Below, piece by piece: positions 7,805-15,880 of a stretch of 25,321 nucleotides of DNA (the first letter of the stretch is position 1; each line of letters begins with the position of its first letter). A program made the translations under genes and the position numbers. The stretch covers positions 1 through 25,321 of the forward strand of contig JAHQXB010000172.1 of assembly GCA_029856435.1 (NCBI GenBank). Reading direction: 5' to 3'. Below the pieces are notes generated by a model. The model made no database searches, was not told where the DNA came from, and worked only from the letters and a program-made list of their open reading frames with translations. The DNA is from Candidatus Jordarchaeia archaeon (GTDB lineage Archaea > Asgardarchaeota > Jordiarchaeia > Jordiarchaeales > Jordiarchaeaceae).

Positions 7805-9835
7805 TTATGTTGTCGGTTCTACTTTTGATACACCGTTTCTTTTTTCTACTCTGAAGACCTGATCAGCGAAGCTCTCCAACTCCCTCTCATGTGAGACCAA
7901 TATTACCTGCGCGTCTTGCAACTCGTTTAGTATTTCCCTCACTTTGGAGAGCTGCTCCTTGCTGAATCCATCGGTAGGTTCGTCCAGTATGAGGAGGTTG
8001 GTTTTCATGGCGGTGGATACTTTTCTTACTATGTTGTTCAGTGCAAGTCGGTACACGAGTGCTAGGCTGGTTTTTTCTCCTCCGCTCATGTAGTTTATGT
8101 TTTGCTCGTAGCCGTCTTGCTCGATTATGGGTGTGAATTCCTCGTCTATTCTGACGCTTTTTCCCGGGTCGTCTACTAGGATGGTGAACCATTTCTGAAG
8201 TTGCTGGTTGAATTCTTGGTTTATGCTTCTCATAACATGCTTTTCTATAATTTCCAGTGTGGGAACATAGTAGTCTTGGAGCCAGATGCGGTGTTCGTCA
8301 AGTAGTTGTTTGGCTTTTGCCTGTTTCTCCTTCTCTTGAATTTCGGCTTGTATTTTTTCCTTATACTCCTTGTAGATTTCTATTTGTTTTTGGGCTTTGG
8401 AAATTTGGTCTTTTGTTCCTTCGCTTTGCTTCTTGAGGAGTTCCAGCTTGTTTTTTGCTCGTCCAATGTTTTCGGAGACACCTTTTAGTTCTTCGAGCCT
8501 TTTCTGGTATATTTTTATCTCGGAGTCTAGCCGCTCTATTTGGTTTGAGAGTTCTAGGATTTCTTCCATGTTTTGGGTGAGTTTCTTCTTTTTGTCTTCT
8601 AGACTTTTGGTGAGCTGGCTGAGTCTTTCTTGGTTCTTGTTGTATTCTCTGAGCATTTCCAGTTGGGATTTTGTGTTTTCTAGCGTTTCGGCTAGCTTTT
8701 TGCGTTTTTCCTCTGTGGCGTCTCTTTCCTTTTTTATGTTGTTTAGTTTTTCTCCGAATTCTTGGGGGTCAACTTCTCTGTCGCAGGTGGGGCAGATTTT
8801 GTTATCAATTATTTGTTGGTATTCCTCCATTTTGAGGTTGAAGCTGTTAACCTTTTGGAAGAGGTCCCGCTCCTCTTTTCTCGTTTCTTCGAATATGTTT
8901 TGTAGTTCTTTTTCATTTTTGTCTGTTGGTTTCTGGAGTTTGCTGAGTTCTTCTATTTGGGGTTGGAGCTGTTCTTCTATTTCCTTCTTGCAACCATTGT
9001 TTTCGACTTGTAGTTTTTGCTTCCTCTTTGTTTTTTCCTCCATGTCTTCTCTGAGTATGGGAAGTAGCTTCTTGATGCTACTGAGCTCCTTCTCCTGTTC
9101 TCTGAGCTTTTCTATTTCTTCTTCTTGCTTCTTGAGTTCAGAGTCCAGCTTTTGCTTTTCTTCGCTTAAATTTTTGAGTTGTTCTTCTACTTTTCTTATT
9201 TCGTCTGTTTTCATTTCTAGTTCCTTTTTCTTCTGCTCCAAGTCTTCTATTTTTCCTTTGAGAAAATCGCTTTTTTCCTTGATTTTGCCTATAAGGGTCT
9301 TTGCGTTTTCCGCAGCTGTTCTGTAGTCTTCTATTCCAAAGGCTTTCCTCAGGGTCTGTAGCCTCTCCTGGGGTTTAGCCCACAGAACTGCCTTCATTTC
9401 TTCTTGGGGAGTAAAAATAGCATACCTATAGATTACGCTTTGAGCATTAGGGTTGGGTGGCTCGTTAAACTTTAAAATTTCCAAAATTTTTTCTTTCAGC
9501 TCGGTAGGGGAGAGGTCATACCTTTTTCCATTAATGATTAAGTAGCCTTCCTTCTGTTGAACGGTGTTTCCTTTTCTTACTAGTTTACGTTGGACTTCGT
9601 ACTCGTCTCCGTCTAATTCAAAGGTAAAGGTTACCGAGCCTTCTTTAGCCCCCAGTCTCAGCAGGGAGGCTCCCTTTTGGTCTCCTAAGCCGAAAAGCGC
9701 GAATTCGATGGCTAGGAGAATAGTAGATTTCCCGGAGCCAATATCGCCCTCAAAAAGAGTGGTTCCCTTTGGAAACGCAATGTTTTCTTCTTGGTAGCTG
9801 CGAATGTTTACCAGTTTTAATGATTTAGCTCTCAT
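7805..9835 (-). CDS. rad50: DNA double-strand break repair ATPase Rad50
   Basis: Walker A GDIGSGKST, central CPTC zinc hook flanked by coiled coils, signature MSGGE, Walker B LILDEPT and H-loop VSH. TAATG overlap with mre11. Confidence 0.95.
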   Translation of the reverse strand: MRAKSLKLVNIRSYQEENIAFPKGTTLFEGDIGSGKSTILLAIEFALFGLGDQKGASLLRLGAKEGSVTFTFELDGDEYEVQRKLVRKGNTVQQKEGYLIINGKRYDLSPTELKEKILEILKFNEPPNPNAQSVIYRYAIFTPQEEMKAVLWAKPQERLQTLRKAFGIEDYRTAAENAKTLIGKIKEKSDFLKGKIEDLEQKKKELEMKTDEIRKVEEQLKNLSEEKQKLDSELKKQEEEIEKLREQEKELSSIKKLLPILREDMEEKTKRKQKLQVENNGCKKEIEEQLQPQIEELSKLQKPTDKNEKELQNIFEETRKEERDLFQKVNSFNLKMEEYQQIIDNKICPTCDREVDPQEFGEKLNNIKKERDATEEKRKKLAETLENTKSQLEMLREYNKNQERLSQLTKSLEDKKKKLTQNMEEILELSNQIERLDSEIKIYQKRLEELKGVSENIGRAKNKLELLKKQSEGTKDQISKAQKQIEIYKEYKEKIQAEIQEKEKQAKAKQLLDEHRIWLQDYYVPTLEIIEKHVMRSINQEFNQQLQKWFTILVDDPGKSVRIDEEFTPIIEQDGYEQNINYMSGGEKTSLALVYRLALNNIVRKVSTAMKTNLLILDEPTDGFSKEQLSKVREILNELQDAQVILVSHERELESFADQVFRVEKRNGVSKVEPTT

Positions 9836-11085
9836 TAGAGAACCTCCTTCAGCTCTAGAAGGTCAATGGCCTGTGTTAACACTCTATTCTCATAGTCCTT
9901 CTTGGTTTCCCCACCCTTCTGGCTTTGCTTCAAAATCTTTAGAAGATCTATAGCTAGTTTGGCTCCCCGCTCACCCTTCAGAGATTCCACCGATACTTTT
10001 ACTGCTCCTATGTTCTCCCTGAAGAGGTTTCTTTCAATTTCCCCAACGTCTTTCCCCATAGGTCTCAGAGTCTGATACTCTCTTGTGGTTAAATTGTGGC
10101 GGTTAATATTAACGTAAAGCGCGCCCTTCTGAGTAAGTATGTTTCTCAGTTTTGTAAAGTCTATGTCGGTTGTGTTGCCTCCAGACATTTCACCACTGAC
10201 TCTAATAAGGACGACTTTGTTTTCCGCAGAGAGCTCGCCACATTTCTTGGTGAGTTCTTCATTTACTTTAGCTGAATTCTTGCCAGTGGCTTCATAGTCA
10301 AAAAGAACATATTCTGGACCGGGTATCTCAACAAACTCAACATTTTCGATACCACTGCCAAATGAGACTATTAGGAAACCTCTTTTCTCGCCTCTTGCAC
10401 TGTCCTCCATGTCTCGGGGATAACCCGCAAAAGTTGTGCCGGGGTAGGCTACCAGTCCGTACCCCTCAAATCTCTGCATAAGATGTTGGTGTATGTGTCC
10501 TCCGGCATAATAGTGAAATCCTTTGGGGAGATAGGAGAGCGGTATGGACTCCATGAGGGAGAGACCTTTAGGTTTAAGTTCAGTTATTCCACTGTGAAAA
10601 GCAAAAATTTTGAACCCCGGCTCTTTTTCCAAGGCTTCACGGTCAAGCATTTCAAAATACTTCTTTTCGAGCCCCAATCTACGTGCGGAAATGCCAACTA
10701 TTTTTACCCCAGTTTTGGGGTCAGTGAAAAACTGTAACGTCAACTTTTCGTCCTTTACTTCTCCCCGAACCACCTTTGTAAACAGACCCGCACTGCTGAG
10801 AATGTCGACCATGGAGGTTTCGTTGGGGCTATAGTCATGGCTACCATATATTACATATATGGGAATGTTCTGGAAAACCACCTCCTTCATCTTTTTAACT
10901 GCAGAGTTCACCACGCCAAGGTCTGGAATATTGGAATGGAAAAGGTCACCTGTAATTAGAATGAAGTCCACCTTCCTCCTTATACACTCCTCCAAGGCGT
11001 AGTGGAATGCGTCCAGTTCCAAATTTTTCAGGAGTGGTTCCTTATTAGATCCGAGGTGACAATCAGATATATGAGCAAACTTCAA
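9835..11085 (-). CDS. mre11: DNA double-strand break repair nuclease Mre11
   Basis: Metallophosphoesterase motifs HISDCHLG, TGDLFH, YGSHD, FHSG and GGHIH. TTG start with SD GGGTGA overlapping the herA stop. Confidence 0.95.
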   Translation of the reverse strand: MKFAHISDCHLGSNKEPLLKNLELDAFHYALEECIRRKVDFILITGDLFHSNIPDLGVVNSAVKKMKEVVFQNIPIYVIYGSHDYSPNETSMVDILSSAGLFTKVVRGEVKDEKLTLQFFTDPKTGVKIVGISARRLGLEKKYFEMLDREALEKEPGFKIFAFHSGITELKPKGLSLMESIPLSYLPKGFHYYAGGHIHQHLMQRFEGYGLVAYPGTTFAGYPRDMEDSARGEKRGFLIVSFGSGIENVEFVEIPGPEYVLFDYEATGKNSAKVNEELTKKCGELSAENKVVLIRVSGEMSGGNTTDIDFTKLRNILTQKGALYVNINRHNLTTREYQTLRPMGKDVGEIERNLFRENIGAVKVSVESLKGERGAKLAIDLLKILKQSQKGGETKKDYENRVLTQAIDLLELKEVL

Positions 11086-11091
11086 ATCAAT

Positions 11092-12636
11092 TCACCCGAT
11101 GAAAACTGTTGACTCCTTCTTTTTGGTTTGGGTCTCTTCAAATTTTTTAATGTAATCTTCAAAAAGTGGAACATAAAGAGGGATGGCGAACTTTGTGAAG
11201 TTACTGCTTACAATCGCTTCACCCTTATCTAGGCTGGCAATCTCTCTGTCCTCATCTGATAGGTCTTGGGCGGCGCTGTCAATGATGGCTCTTCTCTCGG
11301 GAGCCACCTCGTTACCCATTATGATTTTGGTATTCATATTTGCAAGAACAGTTCTGGGAATAACGCTGGTCAATTGAGTGATGGCAATAAGTCCCACTTT
11401 AAATTTTCTTCCCTCCCTAGCCACCGTGGCATAAATGTTTTCACCCATCGAGGCTAACACCTCAGTTCCCAATACGCGAGGAGCCTCCTCAATCACCAGA
11501 GTTATTACAGGCTTCCCATCAAGCTCACCTGTAGACTTGTACTGCTGATACCTGTTAAATATACCCTCAATCACTATGCTACCCAGAAGCAACTCAGCCT
11601 GATCCAGCAGTCGCGACGTGTCGAGAATTACCATTTTTCCCCTCTCCAAAATGTTAATGATTTCGTTTATAGTAGACTCGCCTGCAGTGTCGCTGAATGT
11701 TCGGCTCCTACACTGGAGAACACCCGAAGCGTCCATGTAAACTCCCAAAGCGTTATTGAACTTTCTTTGGAGCACATCCAAGGTCCTTGGAGCAATGCCT
11801 TTCGCCTCCTCCCCGCGCACAATGCTTTCAATCCAGTTTTCCCCGTAAAGATTATAATAAATTTTGATGGCGTCCCACTGGGGATCGGTAAAGTCAATTA
11901 TCCCCTCAAAGTGTGAAGGCTTAATAGACTTCAAATTAACCACTAAGGTGTTGGTGCCCGGGAGGGGATTGGGAGAAAAATAGAAAATGTTGTCCTTAGC
12001 CTTAGGGTGACTTTTTAGACCTTTAGCTTTGGCGTGGCGGCCGTAATACTCGTCGTGGGGATCTAGAACCAAGACACCAAAATTATTTTCGCCCACAATG
12101 CTCCACAGCATAACCTTCACAAGGTTACTTTTGCCCCTACCCGTGGTGGCCGCAACCAAGACGTGATGGGTGAAAATGTCTTGGCCGTTCAAAAAAACAT
12201 CAACATCCAAAACCTTGGAGCCGCTGCGAACCTTACCCAGATACACGGGACAGGGTGGCTTAGTCAAAAAGCTAAGGTTTTCCTCCGAAATTAACCTAAC
12301 ACTTTTAAAGAACCCCGGCAAAGTTTTGGGAGCATACAACTCGTTCCTCCCCGTAACCTTAGCAATGGCTTTAACCTCAGCTAAAACGTAGCTCCTCAAT
12401 TCGGGCTCTAGAAAATCAACTGCGCCACCATGCCCCTCCAACTCCATGCCTGCAAGGAGTTCTCTGGCTGCTTGGGGAACCTGACAGCCATACAAAAGGT
12501 TGAAAACCTTCAAAATGAGGTAACCATCCTTATCATCAACAACCAAGAGGTCACCCAGCTCGATTCTCTCACCGCTCTTTTCACGAATAAGTATGGAGGA
12601 AACCTCTCCCGCAACTATTTGCCCAACGACATCCAT
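11092..12636 (-). CDS. herA: HerA DNA helicase/translocase (FtsK-HerA family)
   Basis: N-terminal HAS barrel (GDLLVV), Walker [15 protein letters not shown], Walker B VIEEA, REGRKF and ITQ. Start set at ATG 12636 (SD GGTGGG 6 nt upstream); TTG 12651 is the alternative. Confidence 0.95.
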   Translation of the reverse strand: MDVVGQIVAGEVSSILIREKSGERIELGDLLVVDDKDGYLILKVFNLLYGCQVPQAARELLAGMELEGHGGAVDFLEPELRSYVLAEVKAIAKVTGRNELYAPKTLPGFFKSVRLISEENLSFLTKPPCPVYLGKVRSGSKVLDVDVFLNGQDIFTHHVLVAATTGRGKSNLVKVMLWSIVGENNFGVLVLDPHDEYYGRHAKAKGLKSHPKAKDNIFYFSPNPLPGTNTLVVNLKSIKPSHFEGIIDFTDPQWDAIKIYYNLYGENWIESIVRGEEAKGIAPRTLDVLQRKFNNALGVYMDASGVLQCRSRTFSDTAGESTINEIINILERGKMVILDTSRLLDQAELLLGSIVIEGIFNRYQQYKSTGELDGKPVITLVIEEAPRVLGTEVLASMGENIYATVAREGRKFKVGLIAITQLTSVIPRTVLANMNTKIIMGNEVAPERRAIIDSAAQDLSDEDREIASLDKGEAIVSSNFTKFAIPLYVPLFEDYIKKFEETQTKKKESTVFIG

Positions 12637-13036
12637 ATTTTTTCCCACCAATTAATGTAAACAGAAGAACATCACCTTGAGACTTCAACTTCTAGGATAT
12701 TTTCTAACAATTGCCTGCAGCTCTATTTTTTTAAGGATACAAGCATTTACCTTTTACTCGCTTTCATAGGTCACCTAAAACGCTTTAGCCTGAAAAACAT
12801 TTTTATAGGTTGTCTTAGAAACGCAGACAATGCAGGTTTTTTAAGATTTTCTTCCAGACTAATTAGCCGAGAATACTATTTAACTCCACGCGTTGCTACC
12901 TGAAAAACAGATCACCACAATCTTAGGATCGATAATAAGCACCTCTTTCCGGTCAACGATTCTTATTTTCAAGAAATTTAAATCACCCACAGATATTCAT
13001 TAGTCCAAATAAATTAAGCCATCTACTATGTGTTAG

Positions 13037-13354
13037 CGAAAAGGCACACGCCTTCCAGTCGCGGGAATGAATCGCCGGCGGATTTATAAAGTTTCTGAGC
13101 AAATATACTTTGTGGATGGGATGTCTAAAAGCTAAAAAATAGGGCTCCCCTCCAAAGTGGGAGAAAGAAGGTTCCAGCAAGACGTAGGGCTTGTTCGGAG
13201 GCTTCTTTCGAAGAAGTCGCTAACGGGCTGCTGGCACAGCCCCTGCAGACAGGCTTCCAAACGGTAAAGGAAAGAAAGAAGCCAGATTTATCCCAGAAGC
13301 CGTTGGGAAAGCCGTGTGCAGGAATCACCCGACCTTAGTCGTGGAGAGTGACAA
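13037..13354 (+). mobile_element. Non-autonomous IS200/IS605-like element (both ends, no tnpA/tnpB)
   Basis: Left-end-like AAAAGGCACACGCCTTCCAGTCGCGGGAATGAATCG (13039-13074) and right-end-like GGAATCACCCGACCTTAGTCGTGGAGAGTGACAA (13321-13354) resemble the IS605/IS1341 subterminal hairpins (...AAGCCCCGCCCTTCAGGGCGGGGATGAA... and ...GAATCCCnCGACTTTAGTCGnGGGAGGATGTCAA). The interior has hairpins at 13145-13163, 13201-13217 and 13225-13242. Boundaries are approximate. Confidence 0.65.
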
Positions 13355-13375
13355 TACGTGTTAGGGTGAAAATTT

Positions 13376-13510
13376 TTGGGCAAAAGAATAGTCGGTCCAA
13401 AAACCGAGAAGAACATAGATGACGTATTTGGTTCAAAGAAAAAAAGGCGACGGAAAACTAAAAAGAAAAGAAAGTCCAGTTCCAAAAGAAAAAAATCAAA
13501 GAGAAAATGA
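13376..13510 (+). CDS. 44-aa highly basic microprotein (protamine-like K/R/S tail); not in the ORF track
   Basis: SD GGGTGA at 13364-13369, then TTG at 13376: MGKRIVGPKTEKNIDDVFGSKKKRRRKTKKKRKSSSKRKKSKRK*. 19 of the last 24 residues are K or R. Confidence 0.55.
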   Translation: MGKRIVGPKTEKNIDDVFGSKKKRRRKTKKKRKSSSKRKKSKRK

Positions 13511-13747
13511 ACACATAAACAAGGGAGAAACCACTGAAACATTAGAGCAAGGAACTCAAAAGTTCAAAAAACTGACATTTGCTTCAGTTCCATCTTCTAG
13601 TTTGTGTCAGGTTCATATCGCCTCTCAGAAAAATAGACCCTTCTTGGAAAACTTTTATTAGGATAATCAAGGAAAAATTAAATGGCATCATACCAACAAT
13701 TAGGGTTAAACCCTCTGCAAAAAATTGGAGCGAGGACTGATAAAAAC

Positions 13748-13876
13748 ATGAGTCCGTTATTCGGAAAGAAAAAGGAAGAAAAACCAAAAGAGGCAAAGGC
13801 AAAAGCGAAGGCAGCAAAAGAGGCAAAGGCAAAAGCGAAGGCAGCAAAAGAGGCAAAGGCCGCAACCACCACATAA
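13748..13876 (+). CDS. 42-aa (64 aa if ATG 13682 is used) Lys/Ala-rich microprotein, histone-H1-tail-like or single alpha-helix
   Basis: MSPLFGKKKEEKPKEAKAKAKAAKEAKAKAKAAKEAKAATTT* (14 K, 13 A, 5 E). The in-frame 30-bp repeat preserves the frame. TATA-like TTTTATTA at 13653-13660. Confidence 0.55.
   Translation: MSPLFGKKKEEKPKEAKAKAKAAKEAKAKAKAAKEAKAATTT
13785..13860 (+). repeat. Perfect 30-bp tandem repeat, 2.5 copies
   Basis: CAAAAGAGGCAAAGGCAAAAGCGAAGGCAG at 13785 and 13815, plus a 16-bp partial copy at 13845. Encodes KEAKAKAKAA. Confidence 0.95.
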
Positions 13877-13950
13877 AGTGTGTCTGGTTCAAAACGGGAA
13901 TCAAAGTTAGAGTGCAATTACTTTTGAGTTAGTTTCAGGGAGGACTGTTT

Positions 13951-15072
13951 CTACCAGTGAGCAAGTTGGTTTAGCTTATCGTGTGCATCTTTGGCCTGGA
14001 TATGTCTTACAAATTTCCCCCATATACCTTTTTTGGATATTGCGGAAAGCAGGGCGTACTTGTATCTTTGCATTTCGTCGGAGCGTACTCGGGCGTTAGA
14101 GTCTGCGTCTATAAGTCCATAGGGGTATCCGGGAAATGTGATGTCTGCAGAGTTGTTGGAGAGAGCTTCCACTACTTCCCCTATTTCTTTTATACTTAAT
14201 TTTTTTGCTTGTTCTCTGTATATTTCGAACCGGAATATTCGCTCCGTCATGGAATTGAGTTTTACCAAGAGTATGACCGCCTCGTGAACTGGACTAAAGG
14301 CTTCTGCGACAGGGTAATAGTACCACATGGGATATGTTATATTGTTGTTTTTTGCGAATTTTCTTGCGGCTCCTAGAAGGGATAGGCCTGTGGTGGTGAA
14401 TAGTCCGCAGGTCTTAGTTAAACCGGTAACAATAACTCCCTTCTTTTTGGCCAGTTCATAGACACCTTTTGAGTATTTAGACTCGTTGGTGAAAGCGGTT
14501 TGGAGGGTGCCATCCATAACGAGGACATCTTTTTCTTCTAGTTCATTCTCTATTACGTGTTTGGCATATTCCCACTCTGCGAATCTTCTAGCTATAGAGG
14601 CAACTGTTGCTATGTCCGCTCTGAGATTTCCCTGCATCACGCTGCGATCCATGGAGCTAAATGAGAGATCCCCCGTGTCTGGAAGATAGTTTTCAAATTC
14701 TTCGCTGACTGGAAAGATTGAGGTGTCATAATAAACCTCGTTCTGCCTAAAATTGGAAAAGGTGACCGAAAAAAATTCTATTCTCTTCGGCATCACACTC
14801 CCCAAAATCCGCTCCTTATTCTGGAAAATATTGAAGAAAACCCGGTTAATCTGAACGGAAAAATTTGGAGCACCCACAATCTCCTGATTCCCCCCATCAA
14901 CAAAAGCCATTTTTCGTTCAGACCCAGTACCTTTAATCTCCCTAAAATTCTCCACACTAAAAGGATAAGCCACATACCCCGAACCAGAAAAGAAAGGTTC
15001 ACCAAGATCCGCCTCATCAACAAACCTATCCAAATTCTCAATAACACGATCCAAAACATCAGCCAACGGCAA
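13951..15072 (-). CDS. nurA: NurA 5'-3' nuclease
   Basis: AFVDGGN, LVMDGTL, GLTKT and GYPYGLIDAD...RV motifs. Co-oriented upstream of herA-mre11-rad50. TTG start with SD GGTGA. Confidence 0.92.
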   Translation of the reverse strand: MPLADVLDRVIENLDRFVDEADLGEPFFSGSGYVAYPFSVENFREIKGTGSERKMAFVDGGNQEIVGAPNFSVQINRVFFNIFQNKERILGSVMPKRIEFFSVTFSNFRQNEVYYDTSIFPVSEEFENYLPDTGDLSFSSMDRSVMQGNLRADIATVASIARRFAEWEYAKHVIENELEEKDVLVMDGTLQTAFTNESKYSKGVYELAKKKGVIVTGLTKTCGLFTTTGLSLLGAARKFAKNNNITYPMWYYYPVAEAFSPVHEAVILLVKLNSMTERIFRFEIYREQAKKLSIKEIGEVVEALSNNSADITFPGYPYGLIDADSNARVRSDEMQRYKYALLSAISKKGIWGKFVRHIQAKDAHDKLNQLAHW

Positions 15073-15335
15073 ACGATTTCACCAACCTACTATAAACAAA
15101 TACATCGGAGTTTGGAGGAAGAGTAATTATACTCACATCCCTTAAATTGAGAGGATTCTCACACATAAGTAGTTATCCCACATAATAAAATTCTTCTAAT
15201 CCAAAAACTCTTCTCCGATTTTAGTAGAAAACCACTATCCTAGTTTTCCAAACGTGTAGTGTTAACATTAGCGATCATCCCCCATAGTCCCACATTTTTC
15301 GACAAAAGTTACTCTACCTACCTCTAGGAAACAGT

Positions 15336-15373
15336 TTGATACTCCCCACGACTGGAAGTCGGGAGCCTTCTCG
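15336..15373 (-). mobile_element. Solitary IS200/IS605-like end hairpin (right-end-like)
   Basis: The minus strand reads CGAGAAGGCTCCCGACTTCCAGTCGTGGGGAGTATCAA: a hairpin CCCGAC-TTCCA-GTCG.GG ending in TCAA. It shares the CTTCCAGTCG core with 13054-13063. Confidence 0.6.
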
Positions 15374-15631
15374 AAAAAAGATTTGACGGAACGTAAATAA
15401 TTACGATCGTCACTATAGACTTTCCATTTAATTTTTTCCTTTTCGCTTCCAGAAAGTATGGTTTTTTCCGCCTTTTTTGGTGAAAGAAGCCTTAAATAAC
15501 CCCGGTCAAGGATAGGTTTAGGAAAAAATTAATGAGAAACTCTATACTAGTACATCTTTGTTTATTTTAGTTCCATATGAGTTCCACACAAAAATTTAGT
15601 GAAAAAAAATTACTTAATAGATGGTATTTTC

Positions 15632-15880
15632 ATGAAGCCCCCCATATGCGCCATATGCTATAAAGATTTTGAAGACCGCAAAGAAGGTGGACTGATCTAT
15701 TTTAGGAAAAGACCAGAGGACGAGGAATGGAGAAAAAGAATGAAAGAGGGTGGAATGGTTGGCCACCCGCCTTACGCGGCTTGGTTCTGCGGGGAACATT
15801 ACGAGGAAGCCAGAAAATTGGAAAATTTGACTATTGATGAAGCAATGAAGATTCTAAGAGAATTATTCAGGGCTAAGTAG
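15632..15880 (+). CDS. Small hypothetical protein with CxxC...CxxH (putative zinc finger)
   Basis: MKPPICAIC...GHPPYAAWFCGEHY. Start moved to ATG 15632. The 3' end overlaps the convergent M20 gene by 8 nt. Confidence 0.75.
   Translation: MKPPICAICYKDFEDRKEGGLIYFRKRPEDEEWRKRMKEGGMVGHPPYAAWFCGEHYEEARKLENLTIDEAMKILRELFRAK

Noticed and set aside
7887-9797. Long + strand ORFs antisense to rad50 (including 309 aa at 8397-9326), and similar shadows over other genes
   Set aside because: These Ser/Phe/Leu-rich products are the expected antisense shadow of Glu/Lys-rich coiled-coil codons; they have no starts, SDs or motifs.
12789-12909. 11-bp direct repeat CCTGAAAAACA at 12789 and 12899, and a 30-codon minus-strand ORF (MKIRIVDRKEVLIIDPK...) near 12880-12975
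   Set aside because: The repeat is short and A-rich with no TIRs inside. The ORF is tiny, has a distant SD and no recognisable motif.
13419-13661. 80-aa + ORF from the track
   Set aside because: It overlaps the 13376-13510 ORF in another frame and lacks an SD; the 44-aa frame has a canonical SD and a coherent composition. It cannot be fully excluded.
13785-13860. 30-bp repeats as a mini-CRISPR
   Set aside because: The copies are directly abutting with no spacers, are in frame within an ORF, and there are no cas genes nearby.
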